Source: Eledone cirrhosa (Eukaryota). From it: 64,000 nt of DNA. The stretch spans positions 32,674,001 through 32,738,000 of the forward strand of contig OZ024757.1 of the NCBI GenBank assembly GCA_964016885.1. The letters are read 5' to 3'. Of the stretch, positions 63,231-64,000 are shown piece after piece. Position 1 is the first letter of the stretch, and every line of letters starts with the position of its first letter. A program made the position numbers and the translations under genes. The notes beneath the pieces are model-generated. The model was not told the origin of the DNA, searched no databases, and was given only the letters and a program-made list of their open reading frames with translations.

Positions 63231-64000
63231 TATGTATATTTATATATATATATGTCTGTGTGTATGTATGTAAAGTAGAGGTGTGACTTACATATGAGTG
63301 TTGGCTGAAAAGTTCATAGTTTGACCAAGACACTCATGGAATGACCAAATGAGGTTTATTTTTCAACATAAGTCCTGAAAAAAAACAATGCAGTTATTAA
63401 TTAGAAAAGTTGAAATCGATGCATACAAGATTTCACAGCTCTAGCATCACTGCTTCATCGTCAACCTATGAACTTTTCATCTGTCCCTTGTATGTATTGT
63501 TATTTGTTTAAATTAACATTTTGAAATTAAAAGTAAAAGAAAAAAGATGGCATTTACATAAACAACAAAAAGATGACATTTATATAAACAACAAAAAGAT
63601 GACATATAAACAACAAAAAGATGACATTTATAAGCAATAAAAAGATAACATTTATATATTTTATTTTAAAATTATTTTTTGGTGAAATGTTTCATTAATA
63701 CAGAGAGCCGGTAGATTTTTAGATCGTTTTAATTATTGCTGATTAATATATCTGTTTTTTGTTTGCTTGTATTGGTTGGTGGGTCTTCTCTACTACAACA
63801 ATACTCCACCAGTCTTCTTTGGTCTTCCTCTTCCACACCTTCCTTCCACTTGTCTCTTACTTTTGTCAATTCCTTTGTGAAGTCAGCTTTCATCACATCT
63901 GTCAGAGTCAACCCTGGCTTCCTTCTATCACCAACTTCTTTACAGAGTGTACTAAGTGTATTTTATCATGACACCTGCACCTGTTCTTGACACAACTGAA

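Overview
AT-rich, intron-rich animal genomic DNA. The SINE and MITE landscape resembles an octopod cephalopod, but this is inferred from repeat style and not proven. Two DNA-replication/repair genes lie head-to-head. SHPRH (minus strand, ATG at 18190, 12 coding exons down to 1445, continues off the left edge) encodes a SNF2 ATPase with an inserted PHD finger and apparently no H15 domain. ATAD5/ELG1 (plus strand, 27231-55250, 17 coding exons, about 2047 aa by my hand-spliced model) is complete. All exon joins are GT-AG and phase-compatible. Introns and flanks hold tRNA-derived SINEs, TTAA-type (piggyBac-like) MITEs, mariner/pogo/hAT/Merlin relics, RTE/CR1/CRE fragments, a young 5'-truncated Tx1/L1 LINE, minisatellites and Penelope-type minimal hammerhead ribozyme motifs. 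The most notable points are: (1) a divergent pair of a PCNA ubiquitin writer and a PCNA unloader; (2) a 34 x 21-bp quasi-palindromic coding minisatellite in ATAD5; (3) an intronic hammerhead locked in a perfect 34-bp hairpin; (4) a minisatellite built from copies of a SHPRH splice donor. All coordinates were read by eye, with no database searches.
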